From NCBI RefSeq assembly GCF_006345805.1, contig NC_043001.1, forward strand, positions 65,720,001 to 65,784,000: a DNA stretch of 64,000 nucleotides. The letters are read 5' to 3'. This DNA is from Octopus sinensis (taxonomy: Eukaryota). Positions 50,080 through 64,000 of this stretch are shown one piece after another. The notes beneath the pieces were generated by a model, which had not been told where the DNA came from, did not search any database, and was given only the letters and a program-made list of their open reading frames with translations. The first letter of the stretch is position 1. Each line of letters starts with the position of its first letter. A program made the position numbers and the translations under genes.

Positions 50080-53000
50080 CATATATCTCTATATATGTAT
50101 TTTACCTAAAAGGTATTTTATATGCTGGCCACGGATAAAATTCATTAATTTTAATGGTTTTATCCTCTAATTATATTTATATATATACATATACATACAC
50201 ACACACACGCACACATATATACATTGTAAATGAAAGACGGAAGATGGAATATATGAGAATTTTTATTAATCACGATAATTGTTTCGACACATCTAGCATC
50301 TAGTGAGACACTTAACAAGTGGTTCAGGAGCATCCGGCGATGCAGATGTGTCTCTTCGGGTGATAAATAGATGCAACTTGTTAAAATAACATTTACCATA
50401 TACATAACCATATACATAACGAACGCTGTGAAAGTGATCTTGCTTTACCTGTAAGCTACCAGGTACAAACCATTCCTTTCATTATCTAACACACATACAC
50501 ATTTATAAGAATAACGGGAAATGGAGACAAACGCACAAGATGTTATTTAAATAATTTATATCACCATATCACCGACACATATTTTGATTGATGCATTAGA
50601 ATAAATCTTCGAGGAAGAATAATGTGGAAAAATGCATCAGTCTCATTAGAGAGATTATAAATAACAGTGCTCATCAATAAGTCAATTTTACAGATCAGAC
50701 AAGGGAGATAAGTTCCCTTGCGGACATAGCCAGATTAGTTAAGCTGTCAACGATTTAGACCAAAGTTTAAAAAATATTTAATCTCTTTGAAAACATGAGT
50801 AAACTTCATTGACTATTCGAAAACCTGGGAATGAACTTAAACCTTTCATTTAATGAGAGGAATTATAGAAAGGAGCTTTTTGTTTTGAACGGCATATACA
50901 GAATACTATTCCAATAGCAATGTCGAAACTGATTTGAGGCTGGGCTATAACAGAAGCGTCTTAAACAGCATTGAAAAGGCTGAAAATTTGCTCCTTGGAC
51001 TTTGTATTTGCTGTGCAGCAGTTGCTTGAGAAAAGTAAATTTTGCTTGCCATTTTCTTAGACGTCCAGTTGTGGAATGGTGGGTTATCTTCTTGATTGGA
51101 AAAAAAGAAAATGAGCCAGAAGTCTAAACTTTGAAATAGCATTTCTTTCAGATGTCACTTATTTATCTACAATAATGTTGAGCGTTATGTTTATAATGAG
51201 TTGCACTAAAAAGGATGTAATACTTTCCATAAGTTGCTTTTTAAGGGAACAGAATGCAATAAATTTTTGGAAGAAGGTTTATTGATTATATCGATCCCAG
51301 TATTCAGTCGAGACATTAGTTTACCAACACGTGAAGGATAAAATGCAAAGCTTACCTTGGAAAGATTTGAATTCAAACGTAAAGAATCATCGGTAAATAT
51401 TGTGAGACATTCCATCTTGAGATGTAGAGATTCTGACAGTTTGCCTGCCTCATCAACATTAATACACAAAAAAAGGATGTTCGCGGGGATTACGAGCTAT
51501 CTGTATTTTCATAAAATTTCTGGTTGCCAGTAGGATAAAACAAAACATTTATGATATGTCAATAGTATTTTTTGACAATTGTTTGTATTGACATAAACGA
51601 TGAATAATGGTAGCATGCAAATTCTTCCTGCAAAATCGTCTGATGCTGTCATTAATTTTAACTACTTGTTTCTTTTGAAGTCAACGTGTTATTAACCATT
51701 CAGCCTGAGCTATTTTATTATAAATTGGTGACTTTCAAACCAAAGACCTAGTGGAGATAAAAAAATTACCATTATGATGAATAATACTGTAAATGCATGT
51801 CTGTAAATTACAACCGCGTGGGTACGAAGGTTGCTTCCCAACTAATGTGTTCAAACCTAGTACACAGTACCTTGGGGTTATATGTCTACTACAATAGCCT
51901 CGGGTTGATCTAAACGTCATGAATGAAATGGGGTAGATGGAAATTGTGTGAACAAGAGGGATAGATTTAGTCATAGCACTGCGATCTGGCCCTTAGAGAT
52001 CTTGAGTGAAATGTAAGCATTCGCAGCAGAGTCTCTTGTTTAAGGACAGTGACAGCTCCCTTCCTTTCTTTCATCAGTCTCTGAATCGCCACAAAAAGAT
52101 CACAAACGTTAACCATCCTCAATGAAAAAACAATTAAATAAACGAGTGTATGTGTGTGTGTGTATGTGTGCGCACACGCGCTTGGTGACGAGGAAATATG
52201 TATATCATAGCAGTACTTTAAATACAATCTATAGCTGTACATTACATATGCAAGATTATCGACCATTTCGGTCAGTGAGAAATAAGTCATATTGACTTTA
52301 CCAGAAAGGCAGCTGGACATCTGATATAATTTTCTAAACAGATTATTCGATATGTAAGTTTAAGTAGCTACAACTGGAAATCTACCCTGCCATCTTATCT
52401 GTACATATGTTGTATGCACACACACATTCACACACACATTCACACACACACACATACACACACACACACACACATACATGTATGTATGCACATAACTTTG
52501 TTCCAGAAGAAATGGATCTCGCAGATCTAGGTTTGGAACACTGAGAGACTGTTCATGTTCTTGAAAAATGCAAGTCAACTTGCAGGAATATACAGTCTGG
52601 GAAAGAAGTTCTGGGTGATGAGTATGTACGGGGGAATTTATCAAGCCTGAGTAGAGGTGGTACGAGACCAATTAGATGGGAGGAGCAGAGGCGACTTTAG
52701 TAACATTACGAGAGGTAGAAAGAGATGGAGAAATATTGTCCGAGTGAATTAAAGATTGTTGTGCTTTACCAATGAAACCGAAAGCCCATATTAAGGAATA
52801 AGATATTTTTAGGCCCTGAAGACGCAGCTTTTGCTATGACCCATTGGCAATGAAGCAGAGGTCATCGGATAAGATATTGAGACCTAGTATACATACTCTC
52901 ATCTCTCCCTTTCTCACGCGTGCACAATCAAACTATCTCAGCCCTCCCCCACATGTGTGTGGGAATAGAATATTTATAGATATATATATGTACATATCTG

Positions 53001-54339
53001 TATCAGAATGTGTGCGTGTGAGCGAGTGTGTGTGTCTATGGCTGTCTCTATGTGTGTGTATGTGTGTGTGTTGTGTGTCTGTGTGTCTGTGTATATGTAT
53101 TTATTTATATATATAAACACAGAAATAAACACACGTATATACTCGTAATCTTTTCAAAGTGTTTACTTGGAGGAAATTTACACCGCAAACCGCAAGAACA
53201 TATGCTGAACTTAGAAAAATTCGTATATTTTTACTGTCTCGCTTACAGGGTGGATTTTCAAATTTCTGCTGAATATATTTTCATGTTCTTGTCGAGAACT
53301 CGAGACCTTAGCTTTTCAAATTGGCCACATAAACATTTGGTAACGTAATCAATTGCACTAATAATTCTAGACACAAATATGAATGAGGGTACATAAGCTG
53401 AGGTTTCCTTTGCAACTTTTCTTACAGCATTTCCTTTTCATTGGCTTTCCGTTGATTAAACATAAAATAAATATTCCTGCTTTTGTCTATCGGGTTGTAC
53501 TTGAAATCGGCAGCCATTTTAATTGGAATGTTGTAGTAATTTCTATTTTATGAGTTGAACGATGATTAGATGTAATTGCTGATTTTGACATTTTAAACTG
53601 CTAGTCCTTCCTAAACATTGAAATGTATCTTGTGTTTGAATCTTGTGTGATGAAAGGGTTATACTTTAAGTGAGGTAACGTGTATTTAAAGCAATGTACA
53701 ATCGAGAACAGAATGCCAAGCATGAAAATTATGTCTCAAACTTTTCATGACAGGTGATAGTAAATGCAATATTTAAAACTAATGTGGAAACTTTTATGTA
53801 GTTTATCGACCTGTTAGAAATAGTAGAAAAATCGCCCTTAAATCATCACCCCACCCCACGCTACCCCGGTCGACTAAGAAAAAAAAAATGTTTCTAGACA
53901 TCCCACTCTACCACTGACGTGATGATATTTGTTAGAATGTCTTTAATCTGTTTCCATGAAGGCTGGCCTGTGACTAAACAACATGAAGGGATTCCTATAG
54001 TTATAGAGTATTCAGCTTTAAAGACAAGTTGTTGTTTAATTAAAAGTCAGCTTTGATCTAGTAGACATATGAACAAAAACGTCCCAGCCAGATGTGTACG
54101 TCAAAAAATACAAGCTCCAAATTCTATTTGGGAAAGATTTGACTGCCATTTCTAGCTGGTCAAGCTATTACATAGAGATTAAGGGAAGCCATCCATCATA
54201 AAACATGCATGTTTAAGATACACAAATAACAATGAGTAGATCAAAATATGTTACAGGGTCTATTAATGCTGTAATAGGGAGTTCAGTGCGAGTGTATCCT
54301 TAAGAAATATTAAAATTACCCACTTTAATAACAACTGTG

Positions 54340-54495
54340 TAATCATCATCATCATTATCATCATCATCATCATCATCATCATTATCATCATCATCATTAT
54401 TATTATTATTATTATCATCATCATTATTATTATTATTATTATTATATTATTATTATTATTATTATTATTAGTATTAGTATTATTATAATTATTAT
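54340..54495. repeat. (ATC)n/(ATT)n microsatellite
   Basis: Seen directly. Confidence 0.95.
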
Positions 54496-56937
54496 TTTAT
54501 GCTTGACTTTTGCTTTGCATTTGTACAAGTTGGCTCCAAGTCTCACCCAGCGACCTCATGAGACAGGTTAGAAGTCCATGTTGGTGTTATGCTTAGGATG
54601 CCATATATTTGGTTTTGTACATAGTATTGTTATAGAGAATGTTTAAGAAACCATAAGAAAATTATGTGTCTGTTTTAAAATTTGAGATTACATAGCCAGT
54701 ATTTTGCGTAGGATATGGGCAGTTCCCATGAGCACTGTCTTGAATTTTCCTGGTATCTGATCTAGGCAGCAATCAGCCCCTTTTGCTTTCATTCATGGGG
54801 CACTTATGACAACAGGTATTGTTTTAGTCTTCAGGTTCCACATTTTGCTGATTTCTATTTCAAGATCATATCTGCTGTTTTTGGTAGGTCTTGACAGATA
54901 CGTTTATATCGATTGGGACAGTCATATCAATGAGGCGGCATAATTTTTATCTGAAGTCTTTCAATATGATGTCTGGCCTATTCGCACCTATCTTTCTGTC
55001 AGTTTGATTGGTGAAGTTCCAGAGGAGTGAGATTTGATCATTTTCAAGCACTGGAGGTGGTTTGTGTTCCCACCAGTTTTTATCATGGGGCAAATCCAGG
55101 CTTTTGCAAATTACCCAGTGAATATATTGTGCAGCTCTATCATGCCTGTTGAGATACTCTGTAGGCACAAGAAGACTACACTTGGAGACAACATGATCAA
55201 TGGTTTCCTTTTGTTGTTGACATACATGACATGTTGGGCTACTGCCGTTCTTTAATATGTTGGCCTGGTAGTTCCTTGTAGGTAGGCGTTGATCTTGAGC
55301 TGCTATGATAAACCCTTCTGTTTCAGATTTTAAGCCAGAGGCCATTAGCCATTGATGGGTCAGGGCTTTGTCAACATCGGCATTATTTGTTCTCTTTGGT
55401 TATTTGTTATTTAGAGGTTTTTCTTGCCATTTATCATTCAGAATATCTAAGGCAGCAGTTTTAGCACGGGTTTTCATGCGCTTAGCTTTTCCTGTGCTTG
55501 TTTCTTGTATGTCTAATTCCGAAATTTGTTGTATTTGAAATTCACTTAGATATTCATTTGCCTGTTTTGTTACTGAGTATGATGCTTTCTTGTTTTCATG
55601 TTTTGAGACAAGTTTTAACATCCAGTCCTCAGAGATTTTCAGGTAGGTGTCTAGGCCAATTGTGGCAATTTTCATAGTTAATTCCAGTTGTATTACCCTT
55701 AGGTATTTGTAGCTCTCCGCTGGGTCTAACTCTTTTATGACATTCTGCTGGTCAAGGTTAACATTAGCTGTTTCTGTCATTTTTCCTTTGATAAAGGTAG
55801 CTTTTACACATTTATCGAGGCCAAATTACATTCTGATGTCATCACTGAATTGTTTAACAATCGCTAGTAAGCCCTTGAGTTGTTGGTCATTTTTTGCAAA
55901 GAGCTTTAAATCATCCATGTAAATGAGATGATTTATATTTTTATCAAACATTTTATAACCGTACTGTGTATCGTTGAGCAATTTTGAGAGAGGTATTAAG
56001 GCTAAACAAAAGAGAAGCGGTTCTAGTGAGTCACCCTGGAAAATGCCACATGGAATTTTTACATCACCAGCATTTAGAGATTCATTGTCACTGTTCAAAG
56101 TTAGTGTGGCTCTCCATGATCTCATACTTACAGACAGAGGTTTTGCAGAGTAGGTGCTATTTTATACATTTCCAGGCATTTCTTAATCCAGCTATGTGGC
56201 AGGCTATCAAAAGCTTTTTTATAGTCTATCCAGGCTATTGACAAGTTTTTGTGTCGGTTGTGACAATCTTCTAAGATCATCTTATTGATCTTTACAACCA
56301 TAGGATTCACGTTTACATCCTTTCTGTTCATTAGGGAACTTGCTGCTTTCTATTAAAAAACTATAGGTATATTCAGTCAGAACAGATGTTAGCGTTTTAT
56401 ACATAGTTGTTAAGCAGGTTATGGGTCTATAGTTTTTTGGTTCATTTGTTTCTTCACTTTTTGGAAGCATGAATATTATACCATTAACTAGCCAAGAAGG
56501 CATCCTACTAGGGTGTTGCAAAACCGTTGTAAAGTTCTGTTAGCAGTTCATGGCTCTCTGGGAATGCATTCAACCAGAAGTTAGGAATTTCATCCTTTCC
56601 TGGAGACTTCAATTTGCTTGACCTCCTGAGAGCAGATCTTATATCTTCTTCCTTGACACCCTCCCATTTTCGCTCAAGGGGCCTTTTCATTGTGTGTTTT
56701 TTCTTCTGCCCAAATTTTATTCCATAATCCCTGCACTTCTTCTTTTGATGGTACAGACTTTACAGTAACTGGTGTTTTCTCTATCTTCCTGTAAAAATTT
56801 TTGGGATTATTTTTGAATATGTCGTTGTCCTTGAAGAATCTAACACGCTTTTCATACCTCGCTATGCCGGCAGCTTTGGCACATACCTTTTGCTTGATGG
56901 TTTCTGTGGTGGCATCAATGTCAATTATGGTTTTCAT
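54496..56937 (-). mobile_element. R4/Dong-clade non-LTR retrotransposon, subfamily A, longest copy (internally deleted)
   Basis: IPNFWL, NYRPITCLTTMYK, EQKGCKR..YGCKDQ, DYKKAFDSLPHSWI, GIFQGDSL.PLLF, YMDDLKLF, CHVCQQQKETIDHVVSKC (CCHC) and RPDIILKD (RLE). The thumb segment between YKYL and IQLE is deleted. Confidence 0.95.
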
Positions 56938-56974
56938 ATATTATTATTATCATCATCATTATTATTATTATTAT

Positions 56975-57311
56975 TCAGTAGTTTTATTTTTATTTTTATA
57001 GCGTGCTTTCACTTCACTACCGAGCGCAGCTCTGTGTGCCTTGGGTATGTGCTGTGATTTGTTGTGATGCTCTGATGGTTATTGTATGGAAAGTGTTCTG
57101 CGTAGGATGTGTGCAGTGCCTAGTAGTGCAATTTTCTGTATGTTATATGTGTTTGTAAGTCCTGGTGTTTTTGTTATGTATTTGTCTGAATATTTTTTTA
57201 TCATGCCTAATGCACCTACTATGATCGGAATTGTTTCTGTTTTCAGATTCCACATTCTAGTTACCTCTATTTCCAGGTCTTTGTATTTTGAGAGTTTCTC
57301 CATTTCTTTTA

Positions 57312-57312
<1 letters not shown>
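56975..57312 (-). mobile_element. R4/Dong subfamily B, short 3' fragment
   Basis: EKLSKYKDLEIEVTRMWNLKTETIPIIVGALG...GTAHILRRTLSIQ*, then UTR and (TAA)n. Confidence 0.9.
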
Positions 57313-57353
<41 letters not shown>

Positions 57354-57443
57354 GTTATTGTTATGTTGTTGTTGTTGTTGTTATTATTGTTATTATTATT
57401 GTTATTGTTGTTGTTGTTGTTGTTGTTATTATTATTATTATTA

Positions 57444-58077
<634 letters not shown>

Positions 58078-58079
58078 GT

Positions 58080-59199
58080 TCAGTAGTTTTAGTTTTATAG
58101 CGTGCTTTCACTTCACTACCGAGCGCAGCTCTGTGTGCCTTGGGTATGTGCTGTGATTTGTTGTGATGCCCTGATGGTTATTGTATGGAAAGTGTTCTGC
58201 GTAGGATGTGTGCAGTGCCTAGTAGTGAAATTTTGTGTATGTTATATGTGTTTGTAAGTCCTGGTGTTTTTGTTATGTATTTGTCTGAATATTTTTTATC
58301 ATGCCTAATGCACGATAATTATTTCTGTTTTTAGATTCCACATTCTGGTTACCTCTATTTCCAGGTCTTTGTATTTTGAAAGTTTCTCCATTTCTTTTAG
58401 AGACACGTTGTCATCTGCCGGTATTAATACATCAATTAGAAAGCATTTTTTTTCTTCATGATCTTTGACAGCTATATCTGGTCTGTTAACCTTAATTTCT
58501 CTATCTGTGTGTATCGGCATATCCCAGAGTATGGTTGCTTTCTCGTTTTCTGTGACCTTTTCTGGTGTGTGCCTATACCATCTTTTTTCTATTGTTATTC
58601 CATAATGTTGGCATAGCTTCCAGTGTATATAGGTTCCAACTCTGTCATGTCTGTGAATATATTCCTTCTTAGCCAGGACTGTGCAGCCAGAGATAATATG
58701 ATTTACTGTTTCTTGTTCATCTCCACATATTCTGCAGCTACTTGTAATATATTTCTTTTCATTACATGTTTTTGGTAATTTCTGGTGGGGAGGCTTTGGT
58801 CTTGTGCTGCAATTAAAAATCCCTCTGTCTCTGCTTCGAGTCCTGAGCTTCTCAACCATTGCTGGGATTTTTCTTTGTCTATTTCTTTTGCGTTTAGTTT
58901 AGTCCAGTATTTACCATGAAGGGGCTTTTCTTGCCATCGTTTTATCATGGTTCGTTGCTGTTCTATTTTTAGTTTGGATTTCATTTGTTTTATAGCTTTT
59001 GTTGTTTCTTCATCTTCTTCTTCTTCTTCATATTTATTAGGTGGTATGATTTCTTGTTTGTATTTGTCAGCTTCCTTAAATACTGAGAACAGTTTTTTGT
59101 TTTGCTCGTGTTTTGTCGCTATTTGTATCAGTTTTCCTTCCTTCTGAAGAAGATATTTTTGCAGTCCTATGGTGGTTATTTTATAGTAGTTTTCCAGCT

Positions 59200-59201
<2 letters not shown>
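58080..59201 (-). mobile_element. R4/Dong subfamily B, 1.1-kb 3' fragment
   Basis: WQEKPLHGKY, ETEGFLIAAQDQ, CRICGDEQETVNHIISGC, RHDRV, NRPDIAVKD, LIDV.IP.D.NV..KE.EKLSKY. Confidence 0.93.
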
Positions 59202-59271
<70 letters not shown>

Positions 59272-59286
59272 TATTATTATTATTAA

Positions 59287-59499
59287 CGCGGTGAGCTGGC
59301 AGAATCGTTAGAGTGCTGGACGAAAAGCTTAGCGATACTTCGCTCGTCGCTACGTTCTGAGTTCAAATTCCGCCGAGGTCGACTTTGTCTTTCATCCTTT
59401 CGGGGTTGATAAATTAAGTAGCAGTTGAGTACTGGTGCCGATGTAATCGACTTAACTCCTCCTCCACAAAATTTAGGCCTTGTGCCTATAGTAGAAAAG

Positions 59500-59500
<1 letters not shown>
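59287..59500 (+). mobile_element. tRNA-derived SINE family 2
   Basis: GAGCTGGCAGAATCGTTAG head, GAGTTCAAATTCC B-box, ending in (ATT)n. Confidence 0.8.
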
Positions 59501-59531
<31 letters not shown>

Positions 59532-59538
59532 CATTATT

Positions 59539-60190
59539 CTATGTTTGACTTTTGCTTTATGTCTGTACAATTTGGCTCCCAGTCTCACCCAGAGACCTCA
59601 AGAGACAACAGGTTGGAAGTTCACGTTGTTGTTATGCCTAGTGTGCCATATATTTTTTTTGGTGTTGTACTAGTGAATGTCTAATACATAAATTAAAAAA
59701 AAAGAAAAAGGTTTGTTTTAAACCTTGGGATTACATAGAGAGTATTTTGCGTAGGATATGAGCAGTTCCCATGAGCACTATCTTTTGAATTTCTGCCATC
59801 TTGGGGTTTCCTGGTATCTGAGTTAGGTAGCAATCAGCCCCTTTCGCTATCATTCCCAGGACACCTATGACAACAGGTATTGTTTTAGTCTTCAGGTTCC
59901 ACATTTTGCTGATTTCTATTTCAAGATCTTTATATTTGCTCAGTTTTTGGTAGGTCTTGACAGATACGTTTATATCGATTGGGACAGTCATATCAATGAG
60001 GAGGCATGTTCTTTGTCTGAAGTCTTTCAATATGATGTCTGGCCTATTTGCATCTATCTTTCTGTCAGTTTGAATGGTGAAGTTCCAGAGGAGTGAGATG
60101 TGGTCATTTTCAAGCACTGGAGGTGGATTGTGTTCCCACCAGTTTTTTTCATGGGGCAAATCCAGGCTTTTGCAAATTACCCAGTGAATA
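59539..60190 (-). mobile_element. R4/Dong subfamily A, 3' fragment
   Basis: ORF 59731-60159: RLE NRPDIILKD..LIDMTVP.D.NV..K..KLSKYKDLEIE...LRKILSM*. Confidence 0.92.
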
Positions 60191-60204
60191 TATTATTATT
60201 ATTA

Positions 60205-60242
<38 letters not shown>

Positions 60243-60271
60243 TATTATTATTACTATTATTATTATTATTA

Positions 60272-62347
60272 TTCACGATAACCTTCATTTATGCAGAACA
60301 TCAAAGAGAGGGTGGTTAACGAAGCTGGCATAGGAGGGGCTCTGATCAATTTAGGTCAGTCTTAAGCCTTTGATAGGGTAGACCATCAGTACTTAGTAGC
60401 TGTCCCCAGGGCAGCTGGTTTCGGTTCAGTTTTCCGTGACTGGATCGCTCAGTTGTTCAGGTGAATGGTCACCTGTCGGAGCCATTCAGCATCTTGCGTT
60501 CAGTCCGTCAAGAGTGCCCTCTCTCCTCTTTTCTGTATGTGCTGACTCTTGAGCTATTACTGCGGAAGTTGGAGGCTTTGAGGGGTGTCCCACGTGATCT
60601 AGGATGTGGGAGAAGTGTGTCTGCTTACGCTGATATTGACACCATGATAGTGTCGACCCACAGGCATATATACCTGATTGACGAAGCACTACAGGAATAT
60701 GAAGCGATGACAGGAGCAAAAACTTACATGGAAAAGTCAGTGGGCTTGCAACTTGGCACCTGGAGAAGTAAGTCCATGCCATCCAGGTGCCGAGTTGCAA
60801 GCCCACTGACTTTACCGTGTTAGTTTTTGCTCCTGTCAAAGCTTCATATTCCTGTAGTGTTTCGCCAATTAGGTCTATATGCCTGTGGGTCGACACTATC
60901 ACGGTGACAATATCAGCGTAAGCAGACACACTTCTCCCACATCTTCGATCACGCGGGACACTCCTCAAAGCCTCCAACTTCCGCAGTAATGGCTCAAGAG
61001 TCAGTGTAAACTGGGACGAGGTGACGTACGGGTTAGCCAATCTCACCCAGAAATGGGCCGAGAGGAAGCTGTCCCTGCAAGGTCATGCGGAGGTGGCGAA
61101 TGCGTACATCGCATCCGTCATCTATTACCGCTTGACTGTCATCCCTTGTCCCGTTTGCTTGTTCACCAAGCTGGTACGCTTACTCTTCCGCTTTCTGTGG
61201 AAGGGGCGCGTTCCACTGGTCAGGCGCTCCATCTGCTGTAACAGCCACTGAATGGAGGGCTGGACAGGGTTACTGATGCGCAGACATGTGCTGAGGTTGC
61301 GGCATCTCTAGCGTTTCCTTGACGGTGAGCAGGTGTGGTCACCATTTGTGAGAGACTCTTTTCCACAGTTCGTCTCTTTGATTCTGGATTAGACGTAGAC
61401 CGAGGGGCGCTTGGCTCCTCGAGTGCCGTCAAGCTCTCACATCCCTCCGTCAGGCGGGCAATGCAGTCGGTGGTAGTTCTATTCTAGCGTTCTATAAAGG
61501 GCTTGTGGAGGGAAAGTGCGGCGACATTCTCGAGGAAACTCTGAGCTTCGATGAAGAGCAACTAACTGGTCTCTTTCGGAGAACTTTCGGGCCTGGGCCT
61601 ATGAATAACTTCCAGAAATCCCTTGCCTGGGAGGGCTACCTTTTCGGTATAAACTTTACAGGCACGGAAGTGCTGTCAACCGGGCCTGCACGAGGTGCAC
61701 CCACAACGATGAAACCATTCTGCACGCCCCTAGTCCATTGCCCGAGTATTGCTGACAGTTGGGTCTATGCCGAACACTTGCTGTCGCATGTAGGACGGAT
61801 CAGGCTATCAGCTGAATCCATTGTGAAGATTGTACCGCCACCCTCTTTTATTTATCTAGTGGCTGTGGCGCCGCCCTCTTTTATTTGTCTAGTGGCTGTA
61901 GCGAAAGAAATAGTATGGTGGACCCGTTTGAAAGGGCTAAAGGCAGACACTTTCCTCTGTGGCCAATCCTTCATCAACTTTTTCAAGTTTCACTAGAAAA
62001 GGAAGTTGAGGATACAGAAGGAAGTGCTGCCTTGTTGCAAATTTGTTGAAAGGTGGGTGAATGCTGGAAGAATGGCCAGTGTAAAAGGACCAATTCTGGG
62101 CGTGCACCTTTAAAAAGGGAATCAAAGGAGAAAGGCTCGTGCCCTGTTGCTTAGGTACCCATGGCTTTTGGGGGTTTTTCCACGAGGATCTTAAAGTGCT
62201 TCCCCTATTGGGAGTTTAATTTGTTCAACTTCTTTGTTATTACACTGTATATACGCGAAAACCCATTGTATCGTCCTGTTTTTGTCCTTTATGTTGTCGC
62301 ATGTCTCGTAATGTTTTGTATGTGAGCTCTTGTGGCCAATAAAAGAA
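60272..62347 (+). mobile_element. Diverged L1/Tx1-clade LINE (second subfamily), 5'-truncated, with an internal inverted duplication
   Basis: HDNLHL, AFDRVDH, VRQECPLS, SAYAD, WAERKLSLQGHAEV; ends GGCCAATAAAAGAA. (TTA)n on both sides; arms 60542-60762 and 60782-61005. Confidence 0.88.
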
Positions 62348-62370
62348 TTAATTATTATTATCATTATTAT

Positions 62371-62464
62371 GAAGGCAGCGAGCTGGCAGAATCGTTAGCA
62401 CGCCGGACGAAATGCCGCCAAGTCTTCACACGAAATTGCTGGCCTTGTGCTAAAATTTGAAACC
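62371..62464 (+). mobile_element. SINE family 2, internally deleted
   Basis: GAAGGCAGCGAGCTGGCAGAATCGTTAGCACGCCGGACGAAATG joined to the GGCCTTGTGC tail. Confidence 0.65.
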
Positions 62465-63325
62465 ATTATTGTTGCTGTTATCATAATCTTACGTAGTCTT
62501 GTGCGACCCTTTACTATAATGTTTTGTTTTGTAGATGGAAAGCCAAAGCGAGAGTTTGCGGGGCGTAAAATGTCTGGGAATAGCTGCTATATATCGTTGA
62601 CTCTCTGCATCAGCAGCAGTAGCATCAGCAACAGCATCATCAGCAGCGGCTCTAGTAGTAGTAGCAGTAGTAATAGTAGCTGCAGTAACAGCAGCAGCAG
62701 CAGCCGTAACAGTAGTAGTAAATGTAAACATATCAACAGCAGCAGAAAGGAAACAGTAGCTAGATGTGAACAACAAGTTTTCCAAGTAACACTGCAGTTG
62801 TGTTTTGTTCTATGTTGAAATGAACTGGGAAGAACAGAAGTCAGTTTGCTGATAACTCTTATGTAAATACACACTTTAATTGTTAAAAAATATATTTTCT
62901 CAAAATTCCATTCACAGAATGAAAACGGATAGTATAAAGTTCGCCCCTCCTTAATAGATCAGAAACGCGACAAATAATTAGTTGACATCATAAGGAAAGA
63001 AACATTTTCGAAGTCGAGCATAAAAGAGCGTGTTTAAGAAAACTAAGACACTAGTCTCGGTTGAGGTGAGGGGGTGGTAGAGTTAGAGGAAGACGGAAGA
63101 GGGAAGGGAAAGAAAAGGAGTCCTTTTTATCTAGCACTTAAATAGTTCAGTTGGCACAAGTGTCAATACAAATAGTATTACCTTTCCCCTACTGAACGAA
63201 TGCAAGGAAAAAAATCAAATAAAAGGTTTGTGTATTTTCGCAGATAAAACATTTTCTCTTTTACGAAATGAGCCGCGCGTTTGCGTTAGACATCTGAAAG
63301 AGAACGAGGGACAGTTTCCACCACA

Positions 63326-63356
63326 GCTAATGTGTGTGTGTGTGTGTGTGTGTGTA

Positions 63357-63440
<84 letters not shown>

Positions 63441-63470
63441 TGCGTGTGTGTGCGTGTGTGTGTGCGCGTG
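63326..63470. repeat. (TG)n microsatellite
   Basis: Seen directly. Confidence 0.95.
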
Positions 63471-63948
63471 AAATGGAATCTTACTAACCTACTTTTTTAC
63501 TGGATAAACGTGACATAAACATGAAGAAACAATTCCACACACCGAGCTAGAATGATTTCTTTTCAATTCGTTCCGGTTATTATTGCTGTTGTTGTTGTTG
63601 CTGTGCGTTGGCGCTGTTTGCCTCCACTTCACGCCTTTAACACTCTTCGAAATGCTGTTAGGAATGTATGACAGAATCTCAATTTTGCTCTCTTATAAAA
63701 CCTGAGATAATGTTCCTTGTGAAAAGAAATTATAATTAGAATCATTTAAGCCTGGCTATTTTCTTTTTCTCTTTTCCATTATCGTTGCGGGTTATTTTAT
63801 TATTTGTTTGTTAGTTAGTTTATTTATTTACTTATACCATCGACGTGTTTTGGTTTTATTGGGAAAATTGTAGCAACCTTCACCGCCTTTGCTCATATTT
63901 TTGTTTTTATCCCGTTCTGTTTCTTGATGTAAGATGGTCGCTAATAAA

Positions 63949-63991
<43 letters not shown>

Positions 63992-64000
63992 TTTCTTTAT

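Noticed and set aside
52495-52740. Plus-strand exon after a TTCCAG acceptor
   Set aside because: Contains stops; E-T-V-H-V-L-E-K-C looks like a LINE C-terminal zinc-binding relic.
60542-61005. ADAR hyper-editing signature fixed between inverted arms
   Set aside because: The 17 mismatches are mixed transitions and transversions without one-directional A-to-G bias; several are CpG decay.

Overview
Eukaryotic, AT-rich, microsatellite-dense DNA made almost entirely of transposable-element debris. The SINE families look to me like those of an octopod cephalopod (Octopus); this is recognition from memory, not a database result. No host protein-coding exon could be identified with confidence, and most ORFs in the supplied track are translated microsatellites or antisense frames of TEs. 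Recognisable content: (1) five 5'-truncated R4/Dong-clade RLE retrotransposons from two subfamilies, stacked in one (TTA)n locus (54.5-60.2 kb); (2) several L1/Tx1-clade LINE pieces, including a possible ORF1-only element; (3) two RTE-clade LINE fragments, one with a 5' inversion; (4) at least five Penelope-like (RT / GIY-YIG) relics; (5) hAT, pogo and mariner DNA transposons; (6) Helentron-type non-autonomous elements; (7) three tRNA-derived SINE families. The most interesting recurring signal is a set of short, (TA)n-embedded fold-back elements carrying hammerhead-ribozyme motifs. The best case is a 103-bp-arm palindrome at 32.7-32.9 kb with one near-canonical hammerhead on each strand. All RNA structures were paired by eye and none is experimentally or computationally verified.
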